A stretch of 64,000 nucleotides of DNA from Candidatus Zixiibacteriota bacterium (GCA_026983835.1 JALSTH010000116.1:16362-80361), one strand, 5' to 3'; numbered from the stretch's first letter, positions 28,014 to 38,865 are shown. The notes: a model not told the origin generated them from the letters alone. Numbers and translations: made by a program.

Positions 28014-30839
28014 TTATGTATCATCAATAGAGACCCCAAAAAGTAGTGCCTCCAAGTCGTTGTAATTCTCCATTATAATAGATTTTACGGGCAGAGCCTT
28101 CATAAAAAATCGCCCGTAATATTTGGTCGATATCCTGTTATCCAAAATCACTACTATACCTCTGTCGGTACTGGAACGAATCAATCTCCCACAGCCCTGT
28201 CGGAATTTAATAATCGCCTCCGGGAGACTATAATCCTTGAAGGCATCCATCCCCAATGATTGAAAATATTCGCTTACAGCTTGAGTTATCGGTTCTGTCG
28301 GAACAGCGAATGGAAGTCTCAATATAAAGAGGACTTCCAATTTTTCGCCCGGGAAATCGACACCCTCCCAAAAGCTATCCGTCCCGATTAAAAGCGTCGG
28401 TTTGGTTGATTCGGAAAAACTTTTGGCAACAGTTTCCGCATTTCCATTGATACCCTGAGCAATTACATTATAACCGAGAGACTTGAGCCTTGCGGATATT
28501 AATTGATACAAACTTTCCAATTGGGAATAGCTTGTGGTCAGCGCCATCATATTTTTTCGCAAAGTGTTAGCGAACAGCTCGAATATCTCCGCGGAAGCAA
28601 GCGCATAATTTGATTCATCGGGGTGGGGCATAAATTTCAAAGCTAAAACCCTAAGCAGGTTCTTGAAATCAAACGGCGAAGGGTAATACTTTTCAACCAC
28701 CCTCTCCGAATCGACCAAGTTCAACCCTATCTTAAATTCGATATTTTCAAAATCATCATTACTTTTTAGGGTCGCGGAAGTGAAGACCGCCGATTTCAGT
28801 TTGGAATAAACTGTATTATAGACAAGCTCACCTATATTTACAGGCGACGCCTTAAGGATTCCGAAACGACTCCGCCCTCTGCCTGTCTCGAACCAATACA
28901 CCCATTTGTTATCCTCACCCAACGCCAATTCCCACAGATGCTCATAAGCTTGTTTGATATTCTCGGCGTTCTGATTGATAATCTCCAAAACATCCTCAAT
29001 CTCGGAGATATCCTCACCACATTTATCATAAGCGATTTTCACCAAATCGGACAAAGCCTTATAAAGTAATTGAATTTGTTTGGAAAGCGGTTCCAATGTT
29101 TCCTGAATATGGGCTTGAAATTCATCACCGTAGCGATACCGTATCTTGATACCGTTGTCATTTCTCTTGCGCTTTCTCCCTGCGCCGCTTCTTGCAGCTT
29201 TAATGGATATTCCTTCAAACGCATTCCGCAGGCTCCGGGAGATGGTTTTGGCTAATGATTTTATTCCATCCACCTTAATTTCTATATCTTCAATGTCCCG
29301 ATCCATTATTACATTTTTAGAGATTTTATTCCGGAGGACGGATAAAACATCGATCCCATCAATCCTCTCACCGCTTAAAAATTCCAATATCGGATTAAGT
29401 ATCGACGGTGAAAATTCCAATCCCAAATAATCTCGGGCAACATTATCCAATTGATGTGCTTCATCGAAAACGCCGATTTTGAAATCAGTTAGAATATCCG
29501 CACCCGAGGACAAATCAGCGAAAAAAAGATAATGGTTCACGATTACAACGGAGGAACCCTTTGCCTTCTTTCTCGCTTTGAATAAAAAGCACTTTTTGAA
29601 AAAGGGACATTTATTGCCGGTGCAAAAACCATCTGAGACGGAAAACCGATGAGAATAAAAGCTGAAATTCCCGCTGAATTCGCTTGTTATCTCGGAGAAA
29701 TCGCCTGTGCGGGAATATTCGGCAAAGGATAGCAATGGAAGTATTCGAGGTACTTCCTGCGGGCTGATAATTCCCGTGCTGATGGACAAATTATAAAGCT
29801 TTAACAGACACAAATAATTTCCCCTCCCCTTTAACAGCGAGACTTTCAAATCGCTTGGGAAATATTTCAAAGCAAAAGGAATGTCCTTTTCAAACAACTG
29901 CTTTTGGAGATTTTTAGTCTTTGTGGAGATAAATACCTTTCCCCTCTCCAAGGCGGTCATCATCGACGGGAAAAGGTATGAAAATGATTTACCTGTTCCG
30001 GTTCCAGCCTCCACCAACAAAAAGTTGTCCCTGCCGAAAACATCAAGACAATCCTGTGCCATTTCGGCCTGCCCCAAACGGTATTCATAATTATCCAAAT
30101 CCTTCGCCAAGACACCATCAGCTCCGAAAAGAATTTTTAATTCACCGATGGTGGTTTTTTTATCCGCTTCACCGGATAGTATATTGCTTTTTGGTATCTT
30201 ACCCGGCGGTATGAGGTTTATTTCAAATTCCTTTTGTTGCGGTAATGAGAACTCCCCCGAAAAGAATTCCGCCATTGCCTTATTTCCCCAAACAGAGCAA
30301 AACAGAGCGAGTTTATCTTTAAGGTGAAGAGGCAGATACTTTTGCAGCGCCACAAGTTTCACCATTATCTCACCGGTAACCAAGGCATCAGATAATGCTC
30401 GGTGTGTATTCTTATTCTCAATTGAAAACATTTCGGCAAGGGACCTCAAACCGTGGTATCTGGCGAATGGATAATATATTCGCGAAATAATTTTTGTATC
30501 GAGGAAAGAAGCACCTATCGTGGAGATAAACTTTTCCAAAAAAGAAATATCGAATGCCCCATTGTGAAAGACCAACGGGGAATCGCCGATGAAATCTCTG
30601 AAGTTATCGATTACCTCATCCGCAGGCCTCCCATCGTTTTCCAACATTACATTCGTTATTCCCGTCAGCTCGGTTATAAAATCCGATATGGGCATAAAGG
30701 GATTAATAAGCTCGGAAAATTCCTCAATCGGTCTTAAAGAATTGAAACGCGCCGCCCCTATTTCGATAATTTCATCTTTTGAATTATCCAATCCGCTGGT
30801 TTCAATATCGACTGCGACAAAATCATCGAAAAGATTCAT
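28014..30839 (-). CDS. dinG: DinG-family helicase fused to an N-terminal DEDDh (DnaQ-like) exonuclease
   Basis: DIETSG, HNGAFD, HRALSDA; EAGTGTGKS, KGRGNYLC plus Fe-S Cys cluster, DEAH, TSATL, FWEGVD, QGCGRLIR. Confidence 0.93.
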   Translation of the reverse strand: MNLFDDFVAVDIETSGLDNSKDEIIEIGAARFNSLRPIEEFSELINPFMPISDFITELTGITNVMLENDGRPADEVIDNFRDFIGDSPLVFHNGAFDISFLEKFISTIGASFLDTKIISRIYYPFARYHGLRSLAEMFSIENKNTHRALSDALVTGEIMVKLVALQKYLPLHLKDKLALFCSVWGNKAMAEFFSGEFSLPQQKEFEINLIPPGKIPKSNILSGEADKKTTIGELKILFGADGVLAKDLDNYEYRLGQAEMAQDCLDVFGRDNFLLVEAGTGTGKSFSYLFPSMMTALERGKVFISTKTKNLQKQLFEKDIPFALKYFPSDLKVSLLKGRGNYLCLLKLYNLSISTGIISPQEVPRILPLLSFAEYSRTGDFSEITSEFSGNFSFYSHRFSVSDGFCTGNKCPFFKKCFLFKARKKAKGSSVVIVNHYLFFADLSSGADILTDFKIGVFDEAHQLDNVARDYLGLEFSPSILNPILEFLSGERIDGIDVLSVLRNKISKNVIMDRDIEDIEIKVDGIKSLAKTISRSLRNAFEGISIKAARSGAGRKRKRNDNGIKIRYRYGDEFQAHIQETLEPLSKQIQLLYKALSDLVKIAYDKCGEDISEIEDVLEIINQNAENIKQAYEHLWELALGEDNKWVYWFETGRGRSRFGILKASPVNIGELVYNTVYSKLKSAVFTSATLKSNDDFENIEFKIGLNLVDSERVVEKYYPSPFDFKNLLRVLALKFMPHPDESNYALASAEIFELFANTLRKNMMALTTSYSQLESLYQLISARLKSLGYNVIAQGINGNAETVAKSFSESTKPTLLIGTDSFWEGVDFPGEKLEVLFILRLPFAVPTEPITQAVSEYFQSLGMDAFKDYSLPEAIIKFRQGCGRLIRSSTDRGIVVILDNRISTKYYGRFFMKALPVKSIIMENYNDLEALLFGVSIDDT

Positions 30840-31672
30840 CAGTGGAATATCAAGGATCCCTTAACGGTGTTATATACATATTTGAATTTAGCTTTCATCC
30901 GCCCCATTTCCCCAAAAATATCGGTGCAGAGCAGTTCGGCGAAATGATTGTCCGCAGTCCGCAGAATATAAAAATCTCCGACCTTCAACCGCACCGATGT
31001 TTTGCCCGAAAACTCCCGTTTGGGATATTCCCTTACCTTCTCGAATGTCAGTTCCCTTCCCAAATCTATGAATTCGGTTGGAGATAAGCCATAGTCCAAT
31101 TTTGATGGCGCTGATAATTTGGCTTTCCCCTTGCCGGCGAAAAATAAAATATCGCTCCATCGGGACCTTGCGGGAACATATTTCCCCCGGGAGAAATCAT
31201 AACCGCTGCTATCTTTGGAGTATCTTAAATTCAAGGTAAACTCCCCACGCATAAGCGGACGGAATAAAACCGTATCGCTGGTGGAGAAGGCGGAACCATC
31301 CAAAGAATAAGCGATAACCCACGCCCTATAAACAAATCCCGGTTTAACATCCGTAGTTTGGAATGATTCGGTTTGCGGGTCGGCATCAGTATCCCCGGGA
31401 TAGCGGGAATCATTAAATTTCGATACATCGTCTTTGCCGATTCCCTCACTGGGGACGATATAAATATCGTAGCCGCCGAATGGTTGGTTTATGTCTCGGT
31501 CCGTTTTCCATTTAAGAACTGTTTCTCCGTTGAACGATGACGCCGATAGAGCACTTAACGAGGGAACCCATACAGCTTTCGGTTTACCTTTGGTTTTCGG
31601 CGGTTTGGGCCCGCAGGAAAAACCGAAGGTTGAAATTATTATAAGTCCGATAATCAGGTTTACATATCGCAT
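30839..31672 (-). CDS. Hypothetical lipoprotein (FN3-like N-terminal part)
   Basis: FSC lipobox, beta-rich; stop overlaps the dinG start (TGATG). Confidence 0.75.
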   Translation of the reverse strand: MRYVNLIIGLIIISTFGFSCGPKPPKTKGKPKAVWVPSLSALSASSFNGETVLKWKTDRDINQPFGGYDIYIVPSEGIGKDDVSKFNDSRYPGDTDADPQTESFQTTDVKPGFVYRAWVIAYSLDGSAFSTSDTVLFRPLMRGEFTLNLRYSKDSSGYDFSRGKYVPARSRWSDILFFAGKGKAKLSAPSKLDYGLSPTEFIDLGRELTFEKVREYPKREFSGKTSVRLKVGDFYILRTADNHFAELLCTDIFGEMGRMKAKFKYVYNTVKGSLIFH

Positions 31673-31680
31673 TCAGCTCC

Positions 31681-32448
31681 CTATAACTTATAAAAATAGA
31701 CCAATCCGCCCCCAACAAACCATTGATTGCTTTCAATGTCGATGTTTCGATTTGAGTCAAAGGAGGCATCGAAATTCAATTCCGAACTGCTATAACGGGA
31801 AACTGCCTTGAACGCAAATCGTCTGCCCACGGGAATGACCAACCCGGCTTCAAAACGATAACCGAAATTAAAAGTGCTTTCCCGATAAGACATATCATAC
31901 CTCGCCCCCTGGCCAACTTCGGTGTATAGAAACTCCAATGTGCCGGAGGAAATCATCCCGCCCGCCGAGAAATATGGCACCACCCGGGATCTTCTCGTAT
32001 TGATCGGAGAAAAAGATAAATCCATCCCTATCCGTGCGGATTTTAAATTATATTCTTCGTATGACTGATAGGGATTCGAGTAATCGTCATAATAATTAAA
32101 AACCTGATCGGTGGAGAAACTACCGAAGGAAAAGAAAAAACCATACCCGAAATGCGGAGTAAAAAAGGATTTATATTCGAAATTCATTCCTACCCCTCCG
32201 CCAAAATTGGAAAGCCTATCAGTCGATCCTTGTTGAAAATAATAATTATTTAAATATGTGCGATAACTACCCAAATCGGGGGAACTAAGATATCCCAAAT
32301 CCAAACTAACCCATCCCAATGGCGGCCTATGAACCCTCCTTAAGGAGGCGCCCGAGCTTGGGACGAGGATGAACAGGAACATACCTAAAGTTAAGGTAAT
32401 TACCGTAATTTTCGGGATTTTTTTATTCATTTTCATTTTCCTTTCCAT
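31681..32448 (-). CDS. Small outer-membrane beta-barrel protein
   Basis: Signal peptide, amphipathic aromatic-rich strands (VVPYFSAGG, FGYRFEAG, GGGLVYFY). Confidence 0.78.
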   Translation of the reverse strand: MERKMKMNKKIPKITVITLTLGMFLFILVPSSGASLRRVHRPPLGWVSLDLGYLSSPDLGSYRTYLNNYYFQQGSTDRLSNFGGGVGMNFEYKSFFTPHFGYGFFFSFGSFSTDQVFNYYDDYSNPYQSYEEYNLKSARIGMDLSFSPINTRRSRVVPYFSAGGMISSGTLEFLYTEVGQGARYDMSYRESTFNFGYRFEAGLVIPVGRRFAFKAVSRYSSSELNFDASFDSNRNIDIESNQWFVGGGLVYFYKL

Positions 32449-32612
32449 TTTAAGTTAACAACCAAGCTTATGCAGGTCAAAGTAATTTACAAAATAAATT
32501 CCGATATGTTCCCCAAAATAGCTACTGATTAGATATCGAAGACTCGGGGAAGGTTTAATCGGGGAACTCATTTCTTTAATGAAGATGTCTTGAGAACGGA
32601 GTAAGAAAAATT

Positions 32613-33167
32613 TTGATTAATACACAGGTCTCCGAAAGAAGTAAGGATTTTGAGGAAAATATAATAAAGCACATAAAAAGTCTGTTCTTTATGGCTTATA
32701 AGTTAACTGATGATAAATGCAAGGCGGAGGATCTAACTCAGGATACTATTTTCAGGGCTTTGAAATACTTCGATAAATTTGAACCGGGGACTAATCCTCG
32801 TGCCTGGCTTTCAAGGATAATGATGAATATTTTCATAAATAATTATCATCGACGGAAAAGGGAAATCAGATGGGATTATGAAAATAATCCCCAATCCGAT
32901 TACTTGGAAGTGAAAACCATAGGAGAGAGGCAACAATTATTTCCGAGAAACGGATCAATAGTTGATTCGATCAATGATAAATTAAAAAGTGCGCTTAATA
33001 AACTTCCTAAAAAATACCGTAAGGCTATAGTACTTTTCGATTTATCCGGACACACATATAAAGAGACGGCGGATATATTGGGTTGTGCCATAGGAACCGT
33101 AAAATCGAGACTTTTCAGAGGCAGACAAAAGCTGAGAGGATTATTGAGGGATTATTCGGAGCGGTGA
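32613..33167 (+). CDS. ECF RNA polymerase sigma factor (SigH/SigR-like)
   Basis: AEDLTQDT, FEPGTNPRAWL, YKETADILG, GTVKSRLFRGR; TTG start after GGAG. Confidence 0.93.
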   Translation: MINTQVSERSKDFEENIIKHIKSLFFMAYKLTDDKCKAEDLTQDTIFRALKYFDKFEPGTNPRAWLSRIMMNIFINNYHRRKREIRWDYENNPQSDYLEVKTIGERQQLFPRNGSIVDSINDKLKSALNKLPKKYRKAIVLFDLSGHTYKETADILGCAIGTVKSRLFRGRQKLRGLLRDYSER

Positions 33168-33265
33168 GATAATTTCTGCATACAAATCAATAGCGGGATT
33201 TAATAGCCATATCGGTTGATTGATGAATTCGATTCAAGGATAGCAAATCATGAGGTCTTCTTATG

Positions 33266-34969
33266 TTATTTTAACAAGGTCATCCGAAATGTCTTGCTTA
33301 CAGTTTTACCGCTGATTCTATAAAAATAAATTCCTGTAGGAACAACGATACCGTCATTATCAGCGCCCCTCCAGATAAATTCGCCGCTACCTCTAATTGG
33401 AGTAGATAAAATAAGTCTCCCCGATATATCGTATATCCGAAGATTCGAGGGCGACTCCACATTATTATAACGAATGACAGTTGAATTATTAAACGGATTT
33501 GGATAATTTGCCGACAATGTATTGCTTTCCGGTAATATGGAACCGTCCGCATAACCATCCGAAACCCCTTCCGAATGAATCCATTCGGTCAGTTGCCAAT
33601 CACCCGCACCTTGCGAAGTCCCAACGCTCTTTTCAAAATGGATTACCGCCGAATCCAGAACCGTGTATGGATAATTCCCGGTATAGGCGATATAGGAATA
33701 TTCGCCGGCAGGCGCATAAGCAGGGACATTTTGAACTATATTTTGCTGTGATATCGTTTGGCCCGGATTTAAGGCTACATTATGATAAATCTCCAGCGGA
33801 CCATAAGGACTTCCATCGGGAAGGTTAAGCATTATCCATACATCCTTGTTTTGCGCATAATTAGTATTATTCCGCAAAATCCCCGTATAACGGAAGGACC
33901 CTCCATCGGAAGGGATAATAATCGGGATAGTTTCAGCAATCATATAGATCAATGTTGGTGAAGTCGGATTATTCTCCATATCAATGGTCATACTATCTGC
34001 GGTAGTATTGCCGACCCCATCCGAAGCGGTAACCACAAACCAATAGTTCCCGTCGGGAAAATCGGTCGTTTTCAGTCCACAGGGAGCATCATCGGATTCA
34101 ACGACACCATCCCCATCGGTGTTGGTAACAATAAAATAGAAATCCCGATAATCATAATCACCGCGGGTATTACATACTGCATCATCCCGATAAATCACAT
34201 CTATATTATCCTCCCAATATAGCCTATCGGAAAACTTAAACGACAGTATCGGTCCGAAACTCAGCATATCGTTATGGACTGTGTATTCAATTTTATGAGG
34301 ATTTACACGCCAATAATCGCTCCCCACAAGGTCATCGATCTTGGCGATAACATCCACCGTACCCTGTATAGAACCTCCGGGATTGAAATAATAAGAAGTG
34401 TTATTATTATCACTTATCGCAAAACGGTAGCTGTTGTAAGCATTATAAAACACCGGCGGTGCGGTATCGTTGAAAACATCCAGAGAATCATAAGGATTGC
34501 CCACGAAAAGCCAGTCGGAGGTCCAGGTCCAACCACCCCCTCTGATACAGGCGAAATGCAAGTGATGGAAATTATAAATAGGCCATTCCACCAATCGCCC
34601 CAGATATTGCCCCTGCGCAACATAGTCACCTTCATTAACCGCTATGCTCGATTGTTCGAGATGCGCATACAACCAACCATTACAGCTATCCGGACCGTCG
34701 GTATCTCCTATAGCAACCCTCCAATGCCATTCACCGCTGGTGGTTAATACCGCCTTGACAAATCCGGGGCGGACTGCGAATACCGAATCACCGGGATTGC
34801 CGAAAATATCTATTCCGGGATGAAGATATGGGTCCCAAGAGTAATTTTGATATTCACCCCAATAATTTCCAAGTGCGTGGGGCTGATTGATAGGCTCGAC
34901 GGGCCAAAAGATAGCAAATACAAATTGAGGCCAGAGGAGAACAAGGAAAGTTATCACAAATTTACGCAT
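33266..34969 (-). CDS. Secreted M23-like metallopeptidase with Ig-like domains and T9SS-type CTD
   Basis: Signal peptide; HPGID (HxxxD), YAHL, HHLHF (HxH); NYPNPFN...GIYFY...RMTLLK. Confidence 0.83.
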   Translation of the reverse strand: MRKFVITFLVLLWPQFVFAIFWPVEPINQPHALGNYWGEYQNYSWDPYLHPGIDIFGNPGDSVFAVRPGFVKAVLTTSGEWHWRVAIGDTDGPDSCNGWLYAHLEQSSIAVNEGDYVAQGQYLGRLVEWPIYNFHHLHFACIRGGGWTWTSDWLFVGNPYDSLDVFNDTAPPVFYNAYNSYRFAISDNNNTSYYFNPGGSIQGTVDVIAKIDDLVGSDYWRVNPHKIEYTVHNDMLSFGPILSFKFSDRLYWEDNIDVIYRDDAVCNTRGDYDYRDFYFIVTNTDGDGVVESDDAPCGLKTTDFPDGNYWFVVTASDGVGNTTADSMTIDMENNPTSPTLIYMIAETIPIIIPSDGGSFRYTGILRNNTNYAQNKDVWIMLNLPDGSPYGPLEIYHNVALNPGQTISQQNIVQNVPAYAPAGEYSYIAYTGNYPYTVLDSAVIHFEKSVGTSQGAGDWQLTEWIHSEGVSDGYADGSILPESNTLSANYPNPFNNSTVIRYNNVESPSNLRIYDISGRLILSTPIRGSGEFIWRGADNDGIVVPTGIYFYRISGKTVSKTFRMTLLK

Positions 34970-35235
34970 AATAAAGCCTCACAAAATAAGGGAAACTGTT
35001 TTTTTGGTTGACGAGCGCAAAACGATTTATGGACAGGAAGATATTAATCTGCCTTTTTTAATAATAATAAATAATGTGAAATTGTCAATAAAAGATATTG
35101 CTGAAACCGGTAAGCGGATCGATAATGATATTTTATTGTTGAAGAATTAGATGGATTTTCGTATTTTAAGAAAATTAATGTAATGTAGTGCGATAATTTG
35201 ATTTGGATTTTAACGACCCTTTTGGAGGCTCATAT

Positions 35236-35841
35236 ATGATTACCAAAACACTAAAGCATTCCGCTTTCATTCTGCTGTTAGGTTTGCTCACTTTTGAATT
35301 CACACCTTCGGCTAACGCTCGCATCCCCGAAGGATGGAGACCGGGGGCGAAAATAAAAAATTACGAAGTAGGTATCGATACCACTATAACCCATAGTGGA
35401 AAAGCAAGCGGGTACATAACAAACAAAGTACCCGACCCCAAAGGATTCGGCACACTATTTCAGAAAATAAGGTCCATTAACTATCGGGGCAAAAGGGTAC
35501 GACTGACGGCATATATTAAGACTAAGAATGTTGCTAAATGGGCGAGTATGTGGATGCGTGTGGATGGGTTGGGAAATAAACAGCTTAGTTTCGATAATAT
35601 GAGGAACAGACCTATAAAAGGGACTACGGATTGGACCAAGTATCAGATTGTTTTGGATGTTGCCGATGAAAGCTACAACATTTCTTTTGGTTTGTTGCTT
35701 GATGGTGAAGGGAAAATTTGGGGGGATGATTTCCAATTGGAAGTAGTCGGCAGGGATGTTCCGTCAACCGCAATGATAACCGCATCGCGAAATCTAAAAC
35801 AATTACCCAAAGAACCTGTCAATACCGGATTTGAGAAATAG
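35236..35841 (+). CDS. Secreted hypothetical protein with a galactose-binding-like (jelly-roll) domain
   Basis: GGAGG SD before the ATG, signal peptide; FGTL.Q, YRGKRVRL, WMRVD, FDNM..RPI.GTTDW, NLGFE-like end. Confidence 0.75.
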   Translation: MITKTLKHSAFILLLGLLTFEFTPSANARIPEGWRPGAKIKNYEVGIDTTITHSGKASGYITNKVPDPKGFGTLFQKIRSINYRGKRVRLTAYIKTKNVAKWASMWMRVDGLGNKQLSFDNMRNRPIKGTTDWTKYQIVLDVADESYNISFGLLLDGEGKIWGDDFQLEVVGRDVPSTAMITASRNLKQLPKEPVNTGFEK

Positions 35842-35852
35842 CGCGCTTACCG

Positions 35853-36806
35853 TCATTTTCCGATTTTATCGTAATACTTCAGACCCCAAGCTATTAAAGG
35901 AAGGATTATTTCAAAATGACTCGTTATCGTGTAGCGGTTGCCTCCGCCGGATGTCGGACGGTTAACCACATTTGTTACCGGGCGATAATGCTGAATCATA
36001 TCAATATTAGCCGCGGAGAAGTTATCAATTTTTCCATATAAGTTTCTCGACAAATTCAAAGCCTTTAGAAAAACCTCAGGCAGAATTACCGCCGACCCCA
36101 AATTAATGACCACTCCACCGTCGTCCAAGTTTCGGCAACTCTCCACAAGCGTATAGAAATCATTACCGCTGAGCTTTCCCCATTTACCCGCTTCAAAGGA
36201 AGGATGCTGATGTATGGTATCCGCTCCTATTGCGATATGAACCGTAATCGGTATTCTATTTTTAACCGCAGCAACAACAACAGAAATGTCAAGGAAGCGA
36301 GGATTATCGTTGAGAATCGCACTCCCGATCGTCTCCCCCAATCCCACCTCATCAGAAGCAGCGGAAACCGCTGAATTTAAATATTGAGGAGTCTCTTCAA
36401 CCATTCCAAACATCCCCATCGAGAGCGTTTCCGCAACATTCTCGGAACTCCGTCCATAAAAAGCAAATTCATAATCATGGATTAACACCGCCCCATTTAC
36501 ACCCAAATGGGTAATAAACCCATTTTCAATCAGATCAACAATAATCGGCGCAAGACCCACCTTAAGGGAATGCGCTCCCATTAATAATATCCGAGCCTTA
36601 CCCTTAACCTTAGCGAGGTGTATATCTTCAAGCAATCCTTTGAACTCGGAAGCCTTTAAGAACTCGGGCAAACCGTCGAGGAAGTCACCTACTCTCCAAT
36701 CAAGGGAAGGGATTTTAGCGAATGATCCCACTTCCGATTTCGTAGGGCGATCGTCAATCGAATAAGTCTTAACCCTACTAAAATTCATCTTTCGTTTCTT
36801 TTTCAT
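35853..36806 (-). CDS. Conserved hypothetical protein (GSU2086-like; distant deoxyhypusine-synthase-like fold suspected)
   Basis: MGAHSLKVGL, IHDYE, FGM..ET, TVHIAIGADTIHQHP, GSAVILPEVFLKAL, HYRP..NVV.RP. Confidence 0.75.
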   Translation of the reverse strand: MKKKRKMNFSRVKTYSIDDRPTKSEVGSFAKIPSLDWRVGDFLDGLPEFLKASEFKGLLEDIHLAKVKGKARILLMGAHSLKVGLAPIIVDLIENGFITHLGVNGAVLIHDYEFAFYGRSSENVAETLSMGMFGMVEETPQYLNSAVSAASDEVGLGETIGSAILNDNPRFLDISVVVAAVKNRIPITVHIAIGADTIHQHPSFEAGKWGKLSGNDFYTLVESCRNLDDGGVVINLGSAVILPEVFLKALNLSRNLYGKIDNFSAANIDMIQHYRPVTNVVNRPTSGGGNRYTITSHFEIILPLIAWGLKYYDKIGK

Positions 36807-36807
36807 A

Positions 36808-37686
36808 TCATTTTTTCGCCAAGCGATACCATACAAGTTCGGTGGTTATCGAACCTATAAAAACCTTACTTTTCATCATCACCGGCATTTTGTATTTGTC
36901 ATCTGTAACCCAAATCAGCAACCGTCCCTTATTTTCGAAAATCGATGCAGTTCGCAAAACAGGTTCAATCATCAAACAATTAAAAGTTCCCGCTTTGGTT
37001 TTTACGCGTTGTTTACGATGTACCTTAACCTCGATCGGATAATTTTTCCTGTCCGTATGATTATTTACAAAAATAGGTTTGTCCACTTCCATCTTTAAGG
37101 TCCGCGCATAATAGAAAGCCGACAGCATATCCTGAACAAAGGGATATGTTTTTATAGTATCTTTGCCGGTGATAGCAAGGTGCTTGACTTGATCGAAGTT
37201 TGTTGTCTTGTCGGCTTTGAATTTCCCCTCGCGAATATGTTTTTCGAACCGCCGCGTAAAAATCCCGGCGGTATCAACAAAACTTTCAACTTTGTCATTG
37301 ACTCTGAAAAACAAGGAGAAAAACCTGCTCGATTTGGCAGTGGAAACAATATGATAAGTCGGGTACCCCCCGCAATCGGCAACCCTATCGACCTCCATTA
37401 CTGCGCTACCTGCCTTAATGGGACCATAACGGACCGTAAACTCAAACCTTTCACCGACTCCCCAAGATTCATTCTTTATATGGCGGGACCACCATTTTGG
37501 GGAATTATAAAGTGTATCCACCGAATTTAAATCGACACCGGAGCTGTCAACAATAGTAGCAGTCGAATCATCGGGGAAAATATCCTTATCCTCCGGAGTG
37601 ATAATATCCTTTCCGGAATATGAAACCTGTGAACATAAAGTAAATAACAGGAAAAATAAAAGGGAACGAATACATTTATTAGCCAT
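36808..37686 (-). CDS. DUF3108-family secreted protein
   Basis: Signal peptide, GERFEFTVRYGPIKAG, D.LSAFYYAR, AGTFNC, IWVTDD.YKMPV. Confidence 0.83.
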   Translation of the reverse strand: MANKCIRSLLFFLLFTLCSQVSYSGKDIITPEDKDIFPDDSTATIVDSSGVDLNSVDTLYNSPKWWSRHIKNESWGVGERFEFTVRYGPIKAGSAVMEVDRVADCGGYPTYHIVSTAKSSRFFSLFFRVNDKVESFVDTAGIFTRRFEKHIREGKFKADKTTNFDQVKHLAITGKDTIKTYPFVQDMLSAFYYARTLKMEVDKPIFVNNHTDRKNYPIEVKVHRKQRVKTKAGTFNCLMIEPVLRTASIFENKGRLLIWVTDDKYKMPVMMKSKVFIGSITTELVWYRLAKK

Positions 37687-38174
37687 TATTGAGGTTTTTT
37701 GCTCAATTCAATAATTTTGGGGAGTATCTTTCTTATGATTTCATCCAATTCGAGAAAAACCCGCGAATATACCTGAAGCGATTCCCCAATCGGATCGTCA
37801 ACCGTTTCCATATTCATATCATTGGGTCTTTTAGGAAAACCTTTCAATAGAAATACTTTCTCATCCGCCGATGGGAATTGTTTTAGTTTGTCATAATGCT
37901 CCGAAGACATTGCGAGGATCAGGTCAGAGGAATTTATCATCTCCTCCGAAACTTGGCGTGAAATATGTGATGTCAGATCGATTCCCCAATCACGGCTCAC
38001 TATAACAGCATTCCTTGCCGCCGGATAACCTTCCTCCGCGGATATGCCAGCCGATGATACTTCGATATTGTCAATCCCCCTATCCTCAAGTATTTTCCTT
38101 AAAATCCCTTCAGCCATTGGCGAACGGCAGGTATTGCCGGTGCAAACAAAGAGCACCCTGAATTTATCCTTCAA
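37686..38174 (-). CDS. Low-molecular-weight protein phosphatase (YwlE-like arginine phosphatase)
   Basis: P-loop CTGNTCRS (Thr variant typical of YwlE), SAG, DP general-acid motif. Confidence 0.9.
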   Translation of the reverse strand: MKDKFRVLFVCTGNTCRSPMAEGILRKILEDRGIDNIEVSSAGISAEEGYPAARNAVIVSRDWGIDLTSHISRQVSEEMINSSDLILAMSSEHYDKLKQFPSADEKVFLLKGFPKRPNDMNMETVDDPIGESLQVYSRVFLELDEIIRKILPKIIELSKKPQ

Positions 38175-38865
38175 GTTCCATAACCTCTTGCTTAATTCCC
38201 TTTTCCGCCAAAACCTCTTTTATTTTTTTTATCGGTATAACTCCCTTGCGCAACACAATCAATTTGTCATTCTCCATCGAAACAACGGTTGAGGGTTTAT
38301 TATAAGAAAAGGATGTTTTTTTTGATCCAACAATTAATAATTCCGCATTCGGAAAAATCTCCCTTACCTCCTGCGATGTAGTGCAGGGAGGCCTGTCGGT
38401 TATATTCGCACTGGTTGCCGTAAGTAATTTACCTGTGCGTTCCAATAAATCATTAACTAAATCCGAGCCGCTCTTACGAAAACCTATTCTCCGATTATAA
38501 CAGACAGGCAATTCAACCATTTCATCGGAAACATCAAAGACCAAAAGCAGAGGTCCCGGCAAAAATGCTTCCTCGAGAATATTCAATATCGGTAATGGAG
38601 CTTTGGAAAACTGTTGTAGATTAATACCCTTAGGAATAAAAATCGGAATAGGGCTTTCTTTCGGCTTATGCTTCAATCTCCTAACTTTATCTACGGCATA
38701 GGTTGAAGAAGCATCCGCAACCAACCCATAAACGGTCTCCGTCGGAACTGCGGCTACTTTTCCCCGCAATATGTGATCTGATAATTTCTCCAATATCCGT
38801 TCCAATCGACAAACCCCGCGTTGGGTGATGGGATCTTCCACCTCCTTTATATTATTGGGAATCAT
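38164..38865 (-). CDS. tsaC: Threonylcarbamoyl-AMP synthase (Sua5/YrdC/YwlC family)
   Basis: PTETVYGL, PGPL, TSAN, PSTVV, LRKG. Confidence 0.9.
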   Translation of the reverse strand: MIPNNIKEVEDPITQRGVCRLERILEKLSDHILRGKVAAVPTETVYGLVADASSTYAVDKVRRLKHKPKESPIPIFIPKGINLQQFSKAPLPILNILEEAFLPGPLLLVFDVSDEMVELPVCYNRRIGFRKSGSDLVNDLLERTGKLLTATSANITDRPPCTTSQEVREIFPNAELLIVGSKKTSFSYNKPSTVVSMENDKLIVLRKGVIPIKKIKEVLAEKGIKQEVMELEG

